A stretch of DNA of 64,000 bases from Klebsiella pneumoniae. GTDB lineage: Bacteria; Desulfobacterota; Binatia; UBA12015. Position 1 is the stretch's first letter; each line of letters starts with the position of its first letter. The DNA lies in contig CAMBZJ010000003.1 in NCBI GenBank assembly GCA_945872365.1, positions 7,301 to 71,300 of the forward strand, written 5' to 3'. Positions 43,763 to 54,291 of this stretch are shown piece by piece. The notes under the pieces were generated by a model. The model did not search any database. It worked only from the letters and a program-made list of their open reading frames with translations, and was not told the origin of the DNA. A program made the position numbers and the translations under genes.

Positions 43763-44680
43763 ATGCCGCCCCGCCTGCCACGCGAAAAACTCATCCCCTC
43801 GGTGCGCCGACTGTTGCGCCCCCTGGTCCGCCGACTCCTGCACTGGGAGATCACCTACCCGGTGCTCGACGACATCCTCCGTTCGCTCTTCGTCGAGGTG
43901 GCGGCGACCGACTTCGCGCTCCCGCACAAGCATCCGACCGACAGCCGCATCTCCCTGGTGACCGGGATCCACCGCAAGGAAGTCGCACGCCTGCGCGAAC
44001 TCCCCGCGCTCGAGCGGGCCTCGCTTCGACTCGAGGAGACGATCGTCACCCGGGTGATCGGCCGCTGGATGGCGGGGCCTCCCTATGCCGACCGCCAGCA
44101 CCGCGCGAAGCCGCTTCCTTACGAGGTGACCGGATCCCGCCAGTCGAGCTTCTCCCGTCTGGTCGGCGAGGCCGGCTTCGACGGCCCGGTGCGTTCGGTG
44201 CTCGACGAGATGCTGCGCAGCGGCGCGGTCGTCATGTCCGACGACGGTCGCGTGGAACTCGTCCGGGAGGCCAACATCTCGGTGCGCGGCGTCGAGGGCA
44301 AGCTCGAGTTGCTCGGAAGCGATCCGGGCGAGATCTTCGACACCATCGTCCACAACCTGGAGTCGCCGGGCGAACCCTGGTTCCACCGCAAGGTCGTCTA
44401 CGACAACATCGGTGCCGACTCGCTCCCCGACCTGCGGCGCGACACCGGGGTCGCGGGCGAGTCGCTCATCCGGGAGGCCAACGCGCTGCTCGCCGCGCGC
44501 GACCGGGACCGCAACCCGGAAGCCCCGGGAGGCCGCCGCTCGCGCGTCGTCGTCGCCACCTACTACTTCGAGGAGCCGCTGGAGCCCGCCGCGCCCGGCG
44601 AAGCCGCCGCCACGACGGCGCCCGGGCGACTGCCGGGGCGCATCACGCGCGCCAGGGACGCCCTTCGGGGAGCGAAATGA
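43763..44680 (+). CDS. DUF6502-like protein (putative DNA-binding)
   Basis: RLLRPLVR.L...FVEVA, SRISLVTGIHRKEVARL, RVIGRW, SFSRLV...SVLDEMLRSG and TIVHNL...FHRKVVYD motifs. Confidence 0.8.
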   Translation: MPPRLPREKLIPSVRRLLRPLVRRLLHWEITYPVLDDILRSLFVEVAATDFALPHKHPTDSRISLVTGIHRKEVARLRELPALERASLRLEETIVTRVIGRWMAGPPYADRQHRAKPLPYEVTGSRQSSFSRLVGEAGFDGPVRSVLDEMLRSGAVVMSDDGRVELVREANISVRGVEGKLELLGSDPGEIFDTIVHNLESPGEPWFHRKVVYDNIGADSLPDLRRDTGVAGESLIREANALLAARDRDRNPEAPGGRRSRVVVATYYFEEPLEPAAPGEAAATTAPGRLPGRITRARDALRGAK

Positions 44681-45870
44681 GGACGCCCGCAACGAACCTG
44701 CTCGCACTCCTGCTCATGGTCGCCGCTGCGGACGGATGCGACGGCGGCCCGATCGGGACCGGAATCGTCGCGTCGGTGTCGGGAAACGTCGAGAGCGTGA
44801 CCGGAGCAGCGGCGGGTACGCTCGACGCCGCGAGGAGCGACGGCGTGCGCGGCTTCGCCCCGGGGGCGGTGACGGTGTCCATCGAGGGCGTCCCCGGCGC
44901 GACCTCGCCCGTCGACGAGGCGGGAAACTTCGCGATCGTCGGCGAGTTCTCGGGGCGCGTCGCACTGCGCTTCGAGACGCCGGCATGGTCGGTCCGGCGC
45001 AAGGTCGAAGTCCCCTCGGGGGCGATCGTCGTCCTCTCCGACATCGTCCTCACGCCGGACGGGATCTGGGCCGACTCCGGTCGCGACGTGGGATTCCTCG
45101 GCAAGGTCCGGCTCGTCGATTGCGCGGCCGGCCGGATCGACGTCGAGGACGTCGACGGCCCGAGGCGCGCCCCGATCGGCGTGATCCTCGACGGGGACAC
45201 GGCCGTCACTGGTGGCGACGGAAGCCCCGCCGACTGCGCCTCGATCGCGCCGGGCGCGCGCGTCGTCGTCGAGGGCCGCTTCGACGCGGAGACCGGCGAC
45301 GGCGAGACCCTTCTCGCGCAGTCGATCGCGATCTCGGACCGGCGGCCGGGCAAGGCGGAGGTATTGAACGGCGTGCGCTTCGCAGGCTTCCTCGACTCGG
45401 TGAACTGCCCGGGTGGCGTCCTCGCCGTCTCCGACGAGGAGCAGCGCAGCCACGTCCGGATCGACGCCGCGACCGAGCTGCGCAGGAGCGACGGCCGGCG
45501 CATCGACTGCAGGGAACTCGCGCTCGGCGACCGCCTGCACGGAGCGGGGCGCCTGCGCGTGGACGACCCGGGGACGATCGCCGCTACCGACCTCGTCGCC
45601 GACGTGTCCAAGGTGGGCAAGGTCGACGTGCGCCTGACGGGACGGATCGACGCCGTCGACTGCGCGACCGGCCGCCTGCTGCTCGACGACCGCGGCACGC
45701 CGAGCACGGTCCAACTGCTCGCCGACACCGTGCTCGAACCCCGGGTCGCCTGCGAAGCGATCCCGCTCGGCGGATGGGCGCGCGGCCGCGGCCGCATCGA
45801 CCGCGCAAGGCCGAACGACGCAATCCCGGCCCGCCGCCTCTCGCTCTGGAAGCCCGGCGCGCCCGACTGA
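44677..45870 (+). CDS. DUF5666-like repeat lipoprotein
   Basis: Signal peptide plus ADGC then GGPIGTGI; three beta-rich repeats G.(V/L/I)..V(D/N)C..G...; ATGA overlap with the DUF6502-like gene. Confidence 0.72.
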   Translation: MRTPATNLLALLLMVAAADGCDGGPIGTGIVASVSGNVESVTGAAAGTLDAARSDGVRGFAPGAVTVSIEGVPGATSPVDEAGNFAIVGEFSGRVALRFETPAWSVRRKVEVPSGAIVVLSDIVLTPDGIWADSGRDVGFLGKVRLVDCAAGRIDVEDVDGPRRAPIGVILDGDTAVTGGDGSPADCASIAPGARVVVEGRFDAETGDGETLLAQSIAISDRRPGKAEVLNGVRFAGFLDSVNCPGGVLAVSDEEQRSHVRIDAATELRRSDGRRIDCRELALGDRLHGAGRLRVDDPGTIAATDLVADVSKVGKVDVRLTGRIDAVDCATGRLLLDDRGTPSTVQLLADTVLEPRVACEAIPLGGWARGRGRIDRARPNDAIPARRLSLWKPGAPD

Positions 45871-45994
45871 AGTCGCGCCTCGATCAGCGCAGCGAAGGAG
45901 CCCGATCGACCTCCGCTCCGGCGGCGACGGCGTCGAAGACATCGCGGCGACGCGGTCGCGACGCGGGAACGCCGGCCAATTCCCCTTTCTCTGC

Positions 45995-46040
45995 ACGCAG
46001 AAAGGGGCCTGCGACCGCGATCGCCGGCCCCTTTCTGCGT
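45995..46040. terminator. Probable terminator hairpin between the convergent DUF5666-like gene and ftsZ
   Basis: ACGCAGAAAGGGGCC / GGCCCCTTTCTGCGT perfect 15-bp inverted repeat with an inner GCGA/TCGC stem. Confidence 0.7.
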
Positions 46041-46065
46041 CTCCTGCCGCCCGGGAACGAGCCGC

Positions 46066-47328
46066 TCAGTCAGCCTGCTTCCGCAGGAACGTCGGGATGT
46101 CGTACTCCGACTCGTCCTCGACCATGCTCCCGCCGCGGGCCGTCGCCTCTTCCTCGGGGCTCTCGTCGGCCTTGCGGCGATGCCATACCGGGTTTTCGCC
46201 GTCGTCGACGATGGTGCCCATCTTTACCACCCGGCGCGGTCCGTACTCGCGACCGAGGCCGCGAGCCACCGTGCCCTGGACGATCGGGACCGGGCCGCGA
46301 CGCGCATCGGCCGGCTGCGCCGCCTGCGCGGTCATGCGATCCGCCGGCGCCTGCACCTTCATGCGATCCGCCTCGCCGAACCCGGTCGCGATGACCGTGA
46401 TCCGCAACTGGTCGCCCATCGACTCGTCGATCACCGCACCGAAGATGATGTTCGCATCGTCGTCGGCCTCCTCCTGGATGAGGGTCGCCGCCTCATTGAC
46501 CTCGTGCAGCGTGAGGTCGGGGCCGCCGGTGATGTTGATCAGCACGCCGCGCGCGCCCTGGATCGAGATGTCGTCGAGCAGCGGCGAGGAGATCGCGCGC
46601 TGCGCTGCTTCGATGGCCCGGTTCTCGCCCGAGGCGATCGCGGCACCCATCATCGCCATGCCCATCTCGCTCATGATCGTTCGCACGTCGGCGAAGTCGA
46701 GGTTGATCAGGCCGTGCACGGTGATCAGGTCGGAGATGCCGCGCACCGCCTGGAGGAGCACGTCGTCGGCTTTCTTGAAGGTCTCCATGATCGGCATGTT
46801 GCGGCCGGAGACCGAGAGGAGGCGCTGGTTGGGAATCGTGATGAGCGTGTCCACGGTCCGCTTGAGTGCCTGGATGCCCTCCTCGGCCTGCATCATGCGG
46901 CGCTTGCCCTCGAAGATGAAGGGCTTCGTGACGACGCCCACGGTGAGGGCACCGAGTTCACGAGCGGTCTGCGCGATCACCGGTGCGCCACCGGTTCCGG
47001 TACCACCGCCCATGCCCGCGGTGACGAAGACCATGTCCGCGCCGAGCAGCAGGTCGCGGATCGTGTCCACGTCTTCGACCGCCGACTCGCGACCGACCGC
47101 CGGGTTCGCGCCTGCGCCGAGCCCCTTGGTGATCGACGTCCCGATCTGGAGTTTCACCGTCGCCAGGTTCGCGGCGAGCGCCTGCGCATCGGTGTTCGCG
47201 GCGATGAAATCCACCCCGGGCATGCCCGACTGGATCATCGTGTTCACGGCATTGCCGCCGCCACCACCCACGCCGACGACCTTGATGCGCGCTCCACCGT
47301 GTCCACCACCGCCGATCTTGTCCATCAT
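46066..47328 (-). CDS. ftsZ: Cell division protein FtsZ
   Basis: [25 protein letters not shown] and C-terminal DIPTFLR. Confidence 0.98.
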   Translation of the reverse strand: MMDKIGGGGHGGARIKVVGVGGGGGNAVNTMIQSGMPGVDFIAANTDAQALAANLATVKLQIGTSITKGLGAGANPAVGRESAVEDVDTIRDLLLGADMVFVTAGMGGGTGTGGAPVIAQTARELGALTVGVVTKPFIFEGKRRMMQAEEGIQALKRTVDTLITIPNQRLLSVSGRNMPIMETFKKADDVLLQAVRGISDLITVHGLINLDFADVRTIMSEMGMAMMGAAIASGENRAIEAAQRAISSPLLDDISIQGARGVLINITGGPDLTLHEVNEAATLIQEEADDDANIIFGAVIDESMGDQLRITVIATGFGEADRMKVQAPADRMTAQAAQPADARRGPVPIVQGTVARGLGREYGPRRVVKMGTIVDDGENPVWHRRKADESPEEEATARGGSMVEDESEYDIPTFLRKQAD

Positions 47329-47358
47329 CACCCCGCCTCCCCTCGTTGCCGTCCTTGC

Positions 47359-48588
47359 CTAGAAGAATTCGCGGATCCAGTCGGTCATCCGGCCCCTCAC
47401 CTTGGAGAGGACTCCGGCGCCCGCTTGTCCCGCCGTGATGGGCGCGCTCGACGCGCGCGCTGCGATCATGAGCAATCCAACCCCGGCCGAAGCCGCAGGG
47501 CCGCCGGCGACGTCCGCCAGACCCGCGACGTGCGCTGGTCCTGCGATCCGGACCGGCGCATCGAAGACCCGCTCGGTCAGCCGGTCGATGCCGACGAGAC
47601 CCGACGTGCCGCCGGTGAGCACGATGCCCGAGGCCAGGCTGCGCTCGGCCCCCGCGCGCAAGAGTTCCCGGGAAACCAGCGTCAGGATCTCCTCGATCCG
47701 CGGCTCGATGATCTCCGCCAGGATCTGGCGCGAGAGCACGCGCGGATCGCGGCCCCCGACGCTGGGCACCTCGATCGTCTCGTCGGAGGGAACCGAGGCC
47801 GCGATCGCCGCGCCGAAACGCTGCTTGAGCTTCTCAGCCTCGGCAGCCGGCGAGCGCAGCCCGGCGGCGATGTCGTTGGTCAACTGGCTGCCGGCAAGCC
47901 CCAGCACGGCGGTGTGTCGCACCGATCCACCGCGGTACACGATCACGTCGGTCGTGCCGCCGCCGATGTCGATGACGCAGGCGCCGAGGTCGCGCTCCTC
48001 GTCGGTGAGCACCGCCGTCGCCGAGGCGAGCGGCGAGACCACGACTTGGGAGACCGTGAGCCCGGCACGGTTGCAGCACTTGACGACGTTCGCCACCGCG
48101 GCGCTCGCGGCGGTGAGCACGTGCACGCGCGCCTCCAGTCGCACCCCGGACATGCCGAGCGGCTCGCTGATGCCGTCCTGCTCGTCGACGATGTATTCCT
48201 GCGGCAGGACGTGCAGCACCTCGCGATCGGCCGGGAGCGCCACCGCCCGCGCGGCGTCGAGCACGTGCTCGACGTCGGGGAGTCCGACCTCGCCGCTGCG
48301 CACCGGGACCATGCCGTGACTGTTGAAGCCGCGCACGTGGTTGCCGCTCAGCCCGACCACGACCGAGTGGATCTCGCAGTCCGCCATGGCCTCGGCCTCG
48401 CGGACGGCGCTCTCGATCGACTGCACGGTCGAGTCGATGTTGACGACGACGCCGCGGCGCAGACCCTGCGTCGGGGCGCTGCCGAAGCCGAGGACGCGCG
48501 GCGCGCCGTCCTCGATCGTCGCGACGAGGACGGCGGTCTTGTGGGTGCCGATGTCCAGCGCGACGTTGATTGCCTGTCTGCGCGCCAT
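47359..48588 (-). CDS. ftsA: Cell division protein FtsA
   Basis: LDIGTHK, GLRRGVVVNI, IDIGGGTT, AEKLK and VLTGG motifs; C-terminal amphipathic WIREFF. Confidence 0.96.
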   Translation of the reverse strand: MARRQAINVALDIGTHKTAVLVATIEDGAPRVLGFGSAPTQGLRRGVVVNIDSTVQSIESAVREAEAMADCEIHSVVVGLSGNHVRGFNSHGMVPVRSGEVGLPDVEHVLDAARAVALPADREVLHVLPQEYIVDEQDGISEPLGMSGVRLEARVHVLTAASAAVANVVKCCNRAGLTVSQVVVSPLASATAVLTDEERDLGACVIDIGGGTTDVIVYRGGSVRHTAVLGLAGSQLTNDIAAGLRSPAAEAEKLKQRFGAAIAASVPSDETIEVPSVGGRDPRVLSRQILAEIIEPRIEEILTLVSRELLRAGAERSLASGIVLTGGTSGLVGIDRLTERVFDAPVRIAGPAHVAGLADVAGGPAASAGVGLLMIAARASSAPITAGQAGAGVLSKVRGRMTDWIREFF

Positions 48589-48602
48589 CGTCCCGGCCCC
48601 CC

Positions 48603-49757
48603 TCAGATGGTTCCGGCCGCGGCGGGCGCCGGGCTCCAGCGTGCGATGACCGAGTCCGGGTCGCGGACGTCGAGCATCCCGTCGAGCCGGACCGTGGCGG
48701 ACTGCTGCGTGGCAGCGACGGGCGGCGGCGGGACCACTGCTTCCGGCTTCCGGCCGGACTTCGTCGAGTGCGCCCGCGCGAGGGCGGCGGCTCGATCCGC
48801 GGCCGCGCGCGCCGGCTCGGTGCGCAGCCACTCCGCGCGGTGGTGGAGCACGGCGCGTACCGCTTCGATCTTGCGCTGCCAGTCGCCCCAGCCGAGCCGG
48901 ATCGTGAGACGACCGTCGCTCGAGTAGGCGATCAATTCGGGGCGACCGCTGCCGGGCGACTCCGATCGCAGCCCGATCTCGGAGACCGGAATGCCGGCCG
49001 CGCCGGCGTCGAGAAGGGTCGCCACGCGCACGGCCTGGCGGAGATCACCACGGGCCGGGAGCCACTCCGCGACGTCGCGCGCATCCTTGGCACCCGGACC
49101 GGCCCGATGCGCGGCGGGCGGCGGGGCGGGATGGTGCGCGGCCTTCCCGGGATCGCGGGCGTCCGGCTTCGCCGCGGCCGGCGACGTCGCGCCAGCCACC
49201 GACTCAGCCGGCAACGTCGCGCCGAGCGAGATGATCGGGAGGGCGACGTCGCGCAGCGGCTGCTCGTCGAAGACCACGCCCGAGCGATCGACGGGGAACG
49301 CATGCGAACCCTGCCGCAGCACCGCCCGCGGCGTCCGCTCGCGCACGAAGACGTGCAGGCGGTCCGGCCAGATGCGCCGGACGCTCGCGCGAGCGATGGC
49401 CGGTTTCTCCTCGAGTCGATGTTCCAGGACCCGTGGCGAAGCCGCCCAGATGCTACTTCCCTGCCCCATACCCAACCACACCAGCACCTGGGCCGTGTCG
49501 AGTCTCTCGAGGCCCTCCACCTCGATCTCGCGCACGGCGAAATAACGGTGACTCGTCAAGTAGCGCAAAACCGGCCCCGCTGTAAAGAAGATCGGGACCG
49601 CAGCGAGAAAAAAACCGACTGCACGACGCCGACGGGCGAGCGCCGCGGCCGCTTCGCTTGCCCCCGACCGGGCCCGGGTCCACCAGCCGACGCTCCTCCT
49701 CCTCCGGCCACGGGTCGACCGGGTGCGCGTCGCGCGGGCCCTCACCGAGGGCGTCAC
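48603..49757 (-). CDS. ftsQ: Cell division protein FtsQ/DivIB
   Basis: TM helix, POTRA FAVREIEVEG...VRRIWPDRLHVFVRERTP and C-terminal LDVR; located between ddl and ftsA. Confidence 0.85.
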   Translation of the reverse strand: MTPSVRARATRTRSTRGRRRRSVGWWTRARSGASEAAAALARRRRAVGFFLAAVPIFFTAGPVLRYLTSHRYFAVREIEVEGLERLDTAQVLVWLGMGQGSSIWAASPRVLEHRLEEKPAIARASVRRIWPDRLHVFVRERTPRAVLRQGSHAFPVDRSGVVFDEQPLRDVALPIISLGATLPAESVAGATSPAAAKPDARDPGKAAHHPAPPPAAHRAGPGAKDARDVAEWLPARGDLRQAVRVATLLDAGAAGIPVSEIGLRSESPGSGRPELIAYSSDGRLTIRLGWGDWQRKIEAVRAVLHHRAEWLRTEPARAAADRAAALARAHSTKSGRKPEAVVPPPPVAATQQSATVRLDGMLDVRDPDSVIARWSPAPAAAGTI

Positions 49758-50710
49758 GCGACACCCCCGCGGCGGGTTTCCCGAACGTGCAGGTCGGCTC
49801 GGTCGAGGATCGTTTCGATCAGGTCGGGAAAGGCGATGCCGGCGTGCTGCGCCATCTTGGGGAACCAACCGAGTTCATGGAGCCCGGGCAGCGTATTGCA
49901 CTCCAGCACGAAGGCCGCGCCGTCGTCGCGGACGCGCAGGTCGACGCGGCCGTAAGGCCCGGCCACGAGCGCCCGATGCGCCGCGAGCGCCACGTCCAGA
50001 GTCGCCTGGTAGCCGTCGCCGAGCGGCGCCGGCAGCCGGAATTCCTCCCGCCCGGGCGTGTACTTCACCTCGTAGGAGTGCATCTCGTCACCGAGCGGCA
50101 CGACCTCCATCGCGGCGAGGGCGCGGTCGTCGAGGATGGCGACCGTCACCTCGCGTCCCGCGACATAGGCCTCGACGATGACGTCGTCGTCGAAGCGCCG
50201 CGCCTCGGCAGCCGCGGCGGCGGCCTCGTTTGCGTCGTGCGCGATCGAGACACCGTTGCTCGATCCCTCGCCGCGCGGCTTGAACACCAGCGGGTACGGA
50301 GCGGGGCGGACTCCCGGGTCGTCGTCGTGAGCAAGCAGTGCTGCGGCTGCGGTCGGGACGCCGCTCGCACGCAGCATCTGCTTGCTGGTCCACTTGTCCA
50401 TCGCGACCGAACTGCCGAGCACGCCGGCCCCGGTGTACGGGATGGCCATCGTCTCGAGCAGTCCCTGGATGCAGCCGTCCTCGCCGTAGCGCCCGTGGAG
50501 TGCGTTGAAGGCGACCTCCACACGCGCCTCGCGCAAAGCGCGCGCGATGTCTCGGCCGACGTCGATCGCGGCGACGTCGTATCCTCGCGTGCGCAAGACC
50601 GCCTCGACGGCGCTCGCGCTGCGCAGCGAGATCTCCCTCTCGGAGGAGAGACCGCCTCTCAGGATTCCGATGCGACGGCCGCGATGGCGGCCGCTGACCC
50701 CGCTCTCCAT
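49754..50710 (-). CDS. ddl: D-alanine--D-alanine ligase
   Basis: GGLSSEREISL, ALHGRYGEDG, MDKW, EGSS, YEVKY and ECNTLPG motifs. Confidence 0.96.
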   Translation of the reverse strand: MESGVSGRHRGRRIGILRGGLSSEREISLRSASAVEAVLRTRGYDVAAIDVGRDIARALREARVEVAFNALHGRYGEDGCIQGLLETMAIPYTGAGVLGSSVAMDKWTSKQMLRASGVPTAAAALLAHDDDPGVRPAPYPLVFKPRGEGSSNGVSIAHDANEAAAAAAEARRFDDDVIVEAYVAGREVTVAILDDRALAAMEVVPLGDEMHSYEVKYTPGREEFRLPAPLGDGYQATLDVALAAHRALVAGPYGRVDLRVRDDGAAFVLECNTLPGLHELGWFPKMAQHAGIAFPDLIETILDRADLHVRETRRGGVA

Positions 50711-50752
50711 CTCCTCACCACCCCCACACCCCCGACGGCACCCAGGCCACCC

Positions 50753-51712
50753 TCATACGACAGGACGGCCTCCAGTCCAAGATCCCCTGCCCCAATCTCC
50801 GACCAATTTCACCTCGGGCTGGAGAAAGACCCCCCGCCTCCGCCAGACGGCGTCCCGGACCCGCTCCATGAGTTCTCGAACCTCGGCCGCACGGGCCCCG
50901 CCGAGATTCAGGATGAAGTTGCCGTGCTTCGGAGCGATCTGGGCCTGGCCGATGCGCAGTCCGCGCAGCCCGACCAGTTGGATCAAGCGGCCCGCGAAGT
51001 CCCCGGGCGGGTTCTTGAAGACCGACCCCGCATTGGGGAACCCGACGGGCTGGTGGCGCCCGCGACGGCCACGAGACTCGGCCGCCCGGGCCGCAATCGC
51101 CGACGGGTCGCCCGGGACGAGGGCCATGTGGACGGCGGTGACGGCGAAGCCCGCCGGCAGCGCGAGCTTGCGGTAGGAGAAGGAGAGTTGGTCGCGCGAC
51201 AGCCTGACCGCCGAACCCTCGCGATCGACTCCCTCGAGCGCCTCGACGACCCCGGAGATCTCGCCGCCGAAGGCGCCTGCGTTCATCAGGATCCCCCCGC
51301 CGACGGTTCCCGGGATGCCCTCGGCGAACTCGAGGCCCTCGAGTCCGCGTTCGATCGTCTCGAGGACCAGGCGCTTCAGGTTCGCGGCACCGCCGACCGC
51401 GATGCGTACCCGTCCGCCCTCCTCCGTCCAGCGGGTGGCGGCGAAACTGCGCCCGAGCTTGATCGTCACGCCGCGGACGCCGCGGTCGGAGACGACGAGA
51501 TTGGTTCCGCCGCCGAGCAGGAAGACCGGCAGCCCGCGGCACCGCGCGAAGCGGATCCGCGCGGCGAGTTCGTCGGTGTTCTCGACCTCGAAGAACAGGT
51601 CCGCCGGCCCGCCGACCCGCATCGAGGTGTGCCGGGAAAGCGGTTCGTCGCGGCGCAGACCGCGCTCCTCGGCTGGCGGCCCGGCCTTCGAGAGCGCGCC
51701 GGCCGGAGTCAC
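50753..51712 (-). CDS. murB: UDP-N-acetylmuramate dehydrogenase
   Basis: [33 protein letters not shown] and KHGNFI motifs. Confidence 0.96.
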   Translation of the reverse strand: MTPAGALSKAGPPAEERGLRRDEPLSRHTSMRVGGPADLFFEVENTDELAARIRFARCRGLPVFLLGGGTNLVVSDRGVRGVTIKLGRSFAATRWTEEGGRVRIAVGGAANLKRLVLETIERGLEGLEFAEGIPGTVGGGILMNAGAFGGEISGVVEALEGVDREGSAVRLSRDQLSFSYRKLALPAGFAVTAVHMALVPGDPSAIAARAAESRGRRGRHQPVGFPNAGSVFKNPPGDFAGRLIQLVGLRGLRIGQAQIAPKHGNFILNLGGARAAEVRELMERVRDAVWRRRGVFLQPEVKLVGDWGRGSWTGGRPVV

Positions 51713-53124
51713 TTCACCCTGCGGACATGGTCCGGGCGCCCGCCGCGCAGCGCCGTCAGCAGTTCGGGACCGGTCTTGATGATGTCGCCGGCGCCGAGCA
51801 GCAGCACGACGTCGCCCTCGCGAGCCTCGTCGGCGAGGCGCTCGGCGAGCGCCGCTCGGTCGGGGACGAAGCGGACGTCGGCATGGCCCCGCGCCGCGAG
51901 GGCATGGGCGAGCGCCGCACCGGTCGCACCCTCGACGGGATCCTCCCCCGCAGCGTAGACCTCGGTCAGGAAGAGCACGTCGGCGTCGTCGAAGGCGTCG
52001 AGGAAGTCGTGGAAGAGGTCGCGCGTGCGGCTGAAGCGATGCGGCTGGAAGGCGACCAGGCGGCGGCGCGGCAGCGCCTCGCGCGCCGCGCGCAGCGTCA
52101 CCCGGACCTCCTCGGGATGGTGGCCGTAGTCGTCGATGACAAGCACGCCCCGCACCTCGCCGCGCTGCTCGAAGCGGCGGTGGATGCCGGTAAAGCCGGC
52201 GAGCGCGCGCGCCGCGCTTGCGAACGGCACCCCCACCTCCGCACCAGCTGCGATCGTGGCGAGCGCGTTCTGCGCGACGTGCCGTCCGGGCATGCGGATC
52301 TCAACCGGGCCCAGTTCCTGTCCGCCGCGCAGCGCGGTGAAGCGGGTACTGAAGCCTTCGACGACCAGGTCCCGGGCGCTGACCTCGGCATCGGGCGAGA
52401 GCCCGTAGGTGACGTAGCGCTTGCGCACGCGGGGCAGCAGGGCCCGCACGCGCGGGCTGTCGATGCAGAGGATCGAGGCACCGTAGAACGGGACCCGGTT
52501 CACGAATTCGAGAAAAGCGTCGGCCGCCCGCTCGACGTCGCCGTAGTGGTCGAGGTGTTCGGCGTCGATATTCGTCACCACCGCGATCGTCGGCGACAGC
52601 AGGAGGAAGGTCCCGTCGCTCTCGTCGGCCTCGACGACCATGTAGTCGCCGAGTCCGAGCCGCGCGTTCGAGCCCAGCGAGAGCACCTTGCCACCGATGA
52701 CGACGGTCGGATCGAGACCCCCGCCCGAGAGCACCGCGGCGAGCAGCGACGTCGTCGTCGTCTTGCCGTGCGTGCCGGCGACCGCGAGTCCGTATTTCAC
52801 GCGCATGAGTTCGGCCAGCATCTCGGCCCGCGGGATGACCGGGATGTGCAGGTCGCGCGCGCGGGCGACTTCCGGATTCGAAAACTTGACCGCCGACGAG
52901 ATCACGACGACGTCCACCGCCTCGCCGACGTGGCCCGGGTCGTGACCGTAAAAGATGCGGGCGCCGAGCCCCTGCAGCCGCTCGCTGGTCTCGCTGCGCG
53001 CGAGGTCCGAGCCGCTCACGGCATAGCCCATGCTGAGCAGGATCTCGGCAATGCCGCTCATGCCGATGCCGCCGATCCCGACGAAATGGATGTGGTGTCG
53101 TCCGCCGCGCACGGACGGCCTCAT
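51709..53124 (-). CDS. murC: UDP-N-acetylmuramate--L-alanine ligase
   Basis: [28 protein letters not shown] and DDYGHHP motifs. Confidence 0.97.
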   Translation of the reverse strand: MRPSVRGGRHHIHFVGIGGIGMSGIAEILLSMGYAVSGSDLARSETSERLQGLGARIFYGHDPGHVGEAVDVVVISSAVKFSNPEVARARDLHIPVIPRAEMLAELMRVKYGLAVAGTHGKTTTTSLLAAVLSGGGLDPTVVIGGKVLSLGSNARLGLGDYMVVEADESDGTFLLLSPTIAVVTNIDAEHLDHYGDVERAADAFLEFVNRVPFYGASILCIDSPRVRALLPRVRKRYVTYGLSPDAEVSARDLVVEGFSTRFTALRGGQELGPVEIRMPGRHVAQNALATIAAGAEVGVPFASAARALAGFTGIHRRFEQRGEVRGVLVIDDYGHHPEEVRVTLRAAREALPRRRLVAFQPHRFSRTRDLFHDFLDAFDDADVLFLTEVYAAGEDPVEGATGAALAHALAARGHADVRFVPDRAALAERLADEAREGDVVLLLGAGDIIKTGPELLTALRGGRPDHVRRVK

Positions 53125-53193
53125 ACCGCCCCGGGCGGCCTCCTGCACCCCGGCGTCCGGCCCGGACGTACCGCGCGCCGAGACCGGGCGGGA

Positions 53194-54291
53194 CTAGGCG
53201 CGGCCGAGCACCCGCAGGCACTCGTCGGCGACGCGTGCCGCCGCGTCGGGGTGGCCGAGTTCGCGGGCGCGCCGACGCAGCTCGCCGGTCGCGACCGGAT
53301 CGTCGATCGCCCGGCGCAGGAGCACCGCGAGCCCGTCCTCGTCGAGTTCTCGATCGAGGACCATCCACGCCGCGCCCGCATCGACGAGCGTCTGGCCGTT
53401 CAGGCGCTGGTGGTCGCCCGCCGCGAACGGGAAGGGCACCAGGATCGCCGCCTTGCCGAGGGCCGTGAGTTCGGAGATCGTCGTCGCGCCCGCGCGACAG
53501 ACGACCAGGTCCGCGCGGCCGTAGGCCGATGACATGTCGTCGATGAACTCGCGCACGACGGCGTCGAGTCCCTTCGCGCGGTAGGCCTCCTCCACCGCCG
53601 CCCGATCGGTCTTGCCGGTCTGGTGTTCGATCGCGAGCGGTCGCCCGACGCGCGCGAGCGCCCCTGGCAGCACCGTGTTGAGCCGGTGCGCGCCCCCGCT
53701 GCCGCCGAACACGAGCACCCGGAATCGCCCATAGGCGTCGGGCGCGGCAGCCTCGGCACGTCCCGCCGTGGCCGCGAAATCACGCACCGGGTTCCCGGTG
53801 ACGACGGCGCGGCGGCCGAGTCCGGCCGCGGTCGCGGGAAACGTGACGCACACCCGGCTCGCGAATGGCGCGAGCACCCGGGTCGCGAGTCCGGGCGCCG
53901 CATTCTGCTCCAGCAGCACGATCGGGATGCGGCTCGCAGCCGCCGCGGCGACCGCGGGGAAGGAGGCGTAGCCGCCGACGCCGACCACGAGGTCCGGCCG
54001 ACGCGCTCGCAGCACCCGCCGGGCCCCGAGGAGACTCGACGCGACGCGACCGATCCCGCGGGCGATCTCCGCCGGGCCGCGACCGCGCAGCCCGCGCACC
54101 GGCAGGAGGTCCACCTCGAAGCCGGCGGCCGGCACCGCATGGCACTCGATCCCGTAGTCGCTGCCGACGAAGGACACCGCCGCATCGGTACGCCGGCGCA
54201 GTTCCTGGGCGACGGCGATCCCCGGGAACAGGTGCCCGCCCGTCCCCCCACCTGCGATCAGAACGCGCAGCACGTTCGACTCAGCGCGCAT
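53194..54291 (-). CDS. murG: Undecaprenyl-PP-MurNAc-pentapeptide GlcNAc transferase
   Basis: GGGTGGH, GGYAS, EQNA, GNPVR, GGSGGA and RAGATT motifs. Confidence 0.96.
   Translation of the reverse strand: MRAESNVLRVLIAGGGTGGHLFPGIAVAQELRRRTDAAVSFVGSDYGIECHAVPAAGFEVDLLPVRGLRGRGPAEIARGIGRVASSLLGARRVLRARRPDLVVGVGGYASFPAVAAAAASRIPIVLLEQNAAPGLATRVLAPFASRVCVTFPATAAGLGRRAVVTGNPVRDFAATAGRAEAAAPDAYGRFRVLVFGGSGGAHRLNTVLPGALARVGRPLAIEHQTGKTDRAAVEEAYRAKGLDAVVREFIDDMSSAYGRADLVVCRAGATTISELTALGKAAILVPFPFAAGDHQRLNGQTLVDAGAAWMVLDRELDEDGLAVLLRRAIDDPVATGELRRRARELGHPDAAARVADECLRVLGRA

Noticed and set aside
46097..47362. 421-aa + strand ORF the same length as FtsZ
   Set aside because: It is an antisense shadow of ftsZ with no recognisable motifs. 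The same applies to the many other long antisense ORFs in the track.
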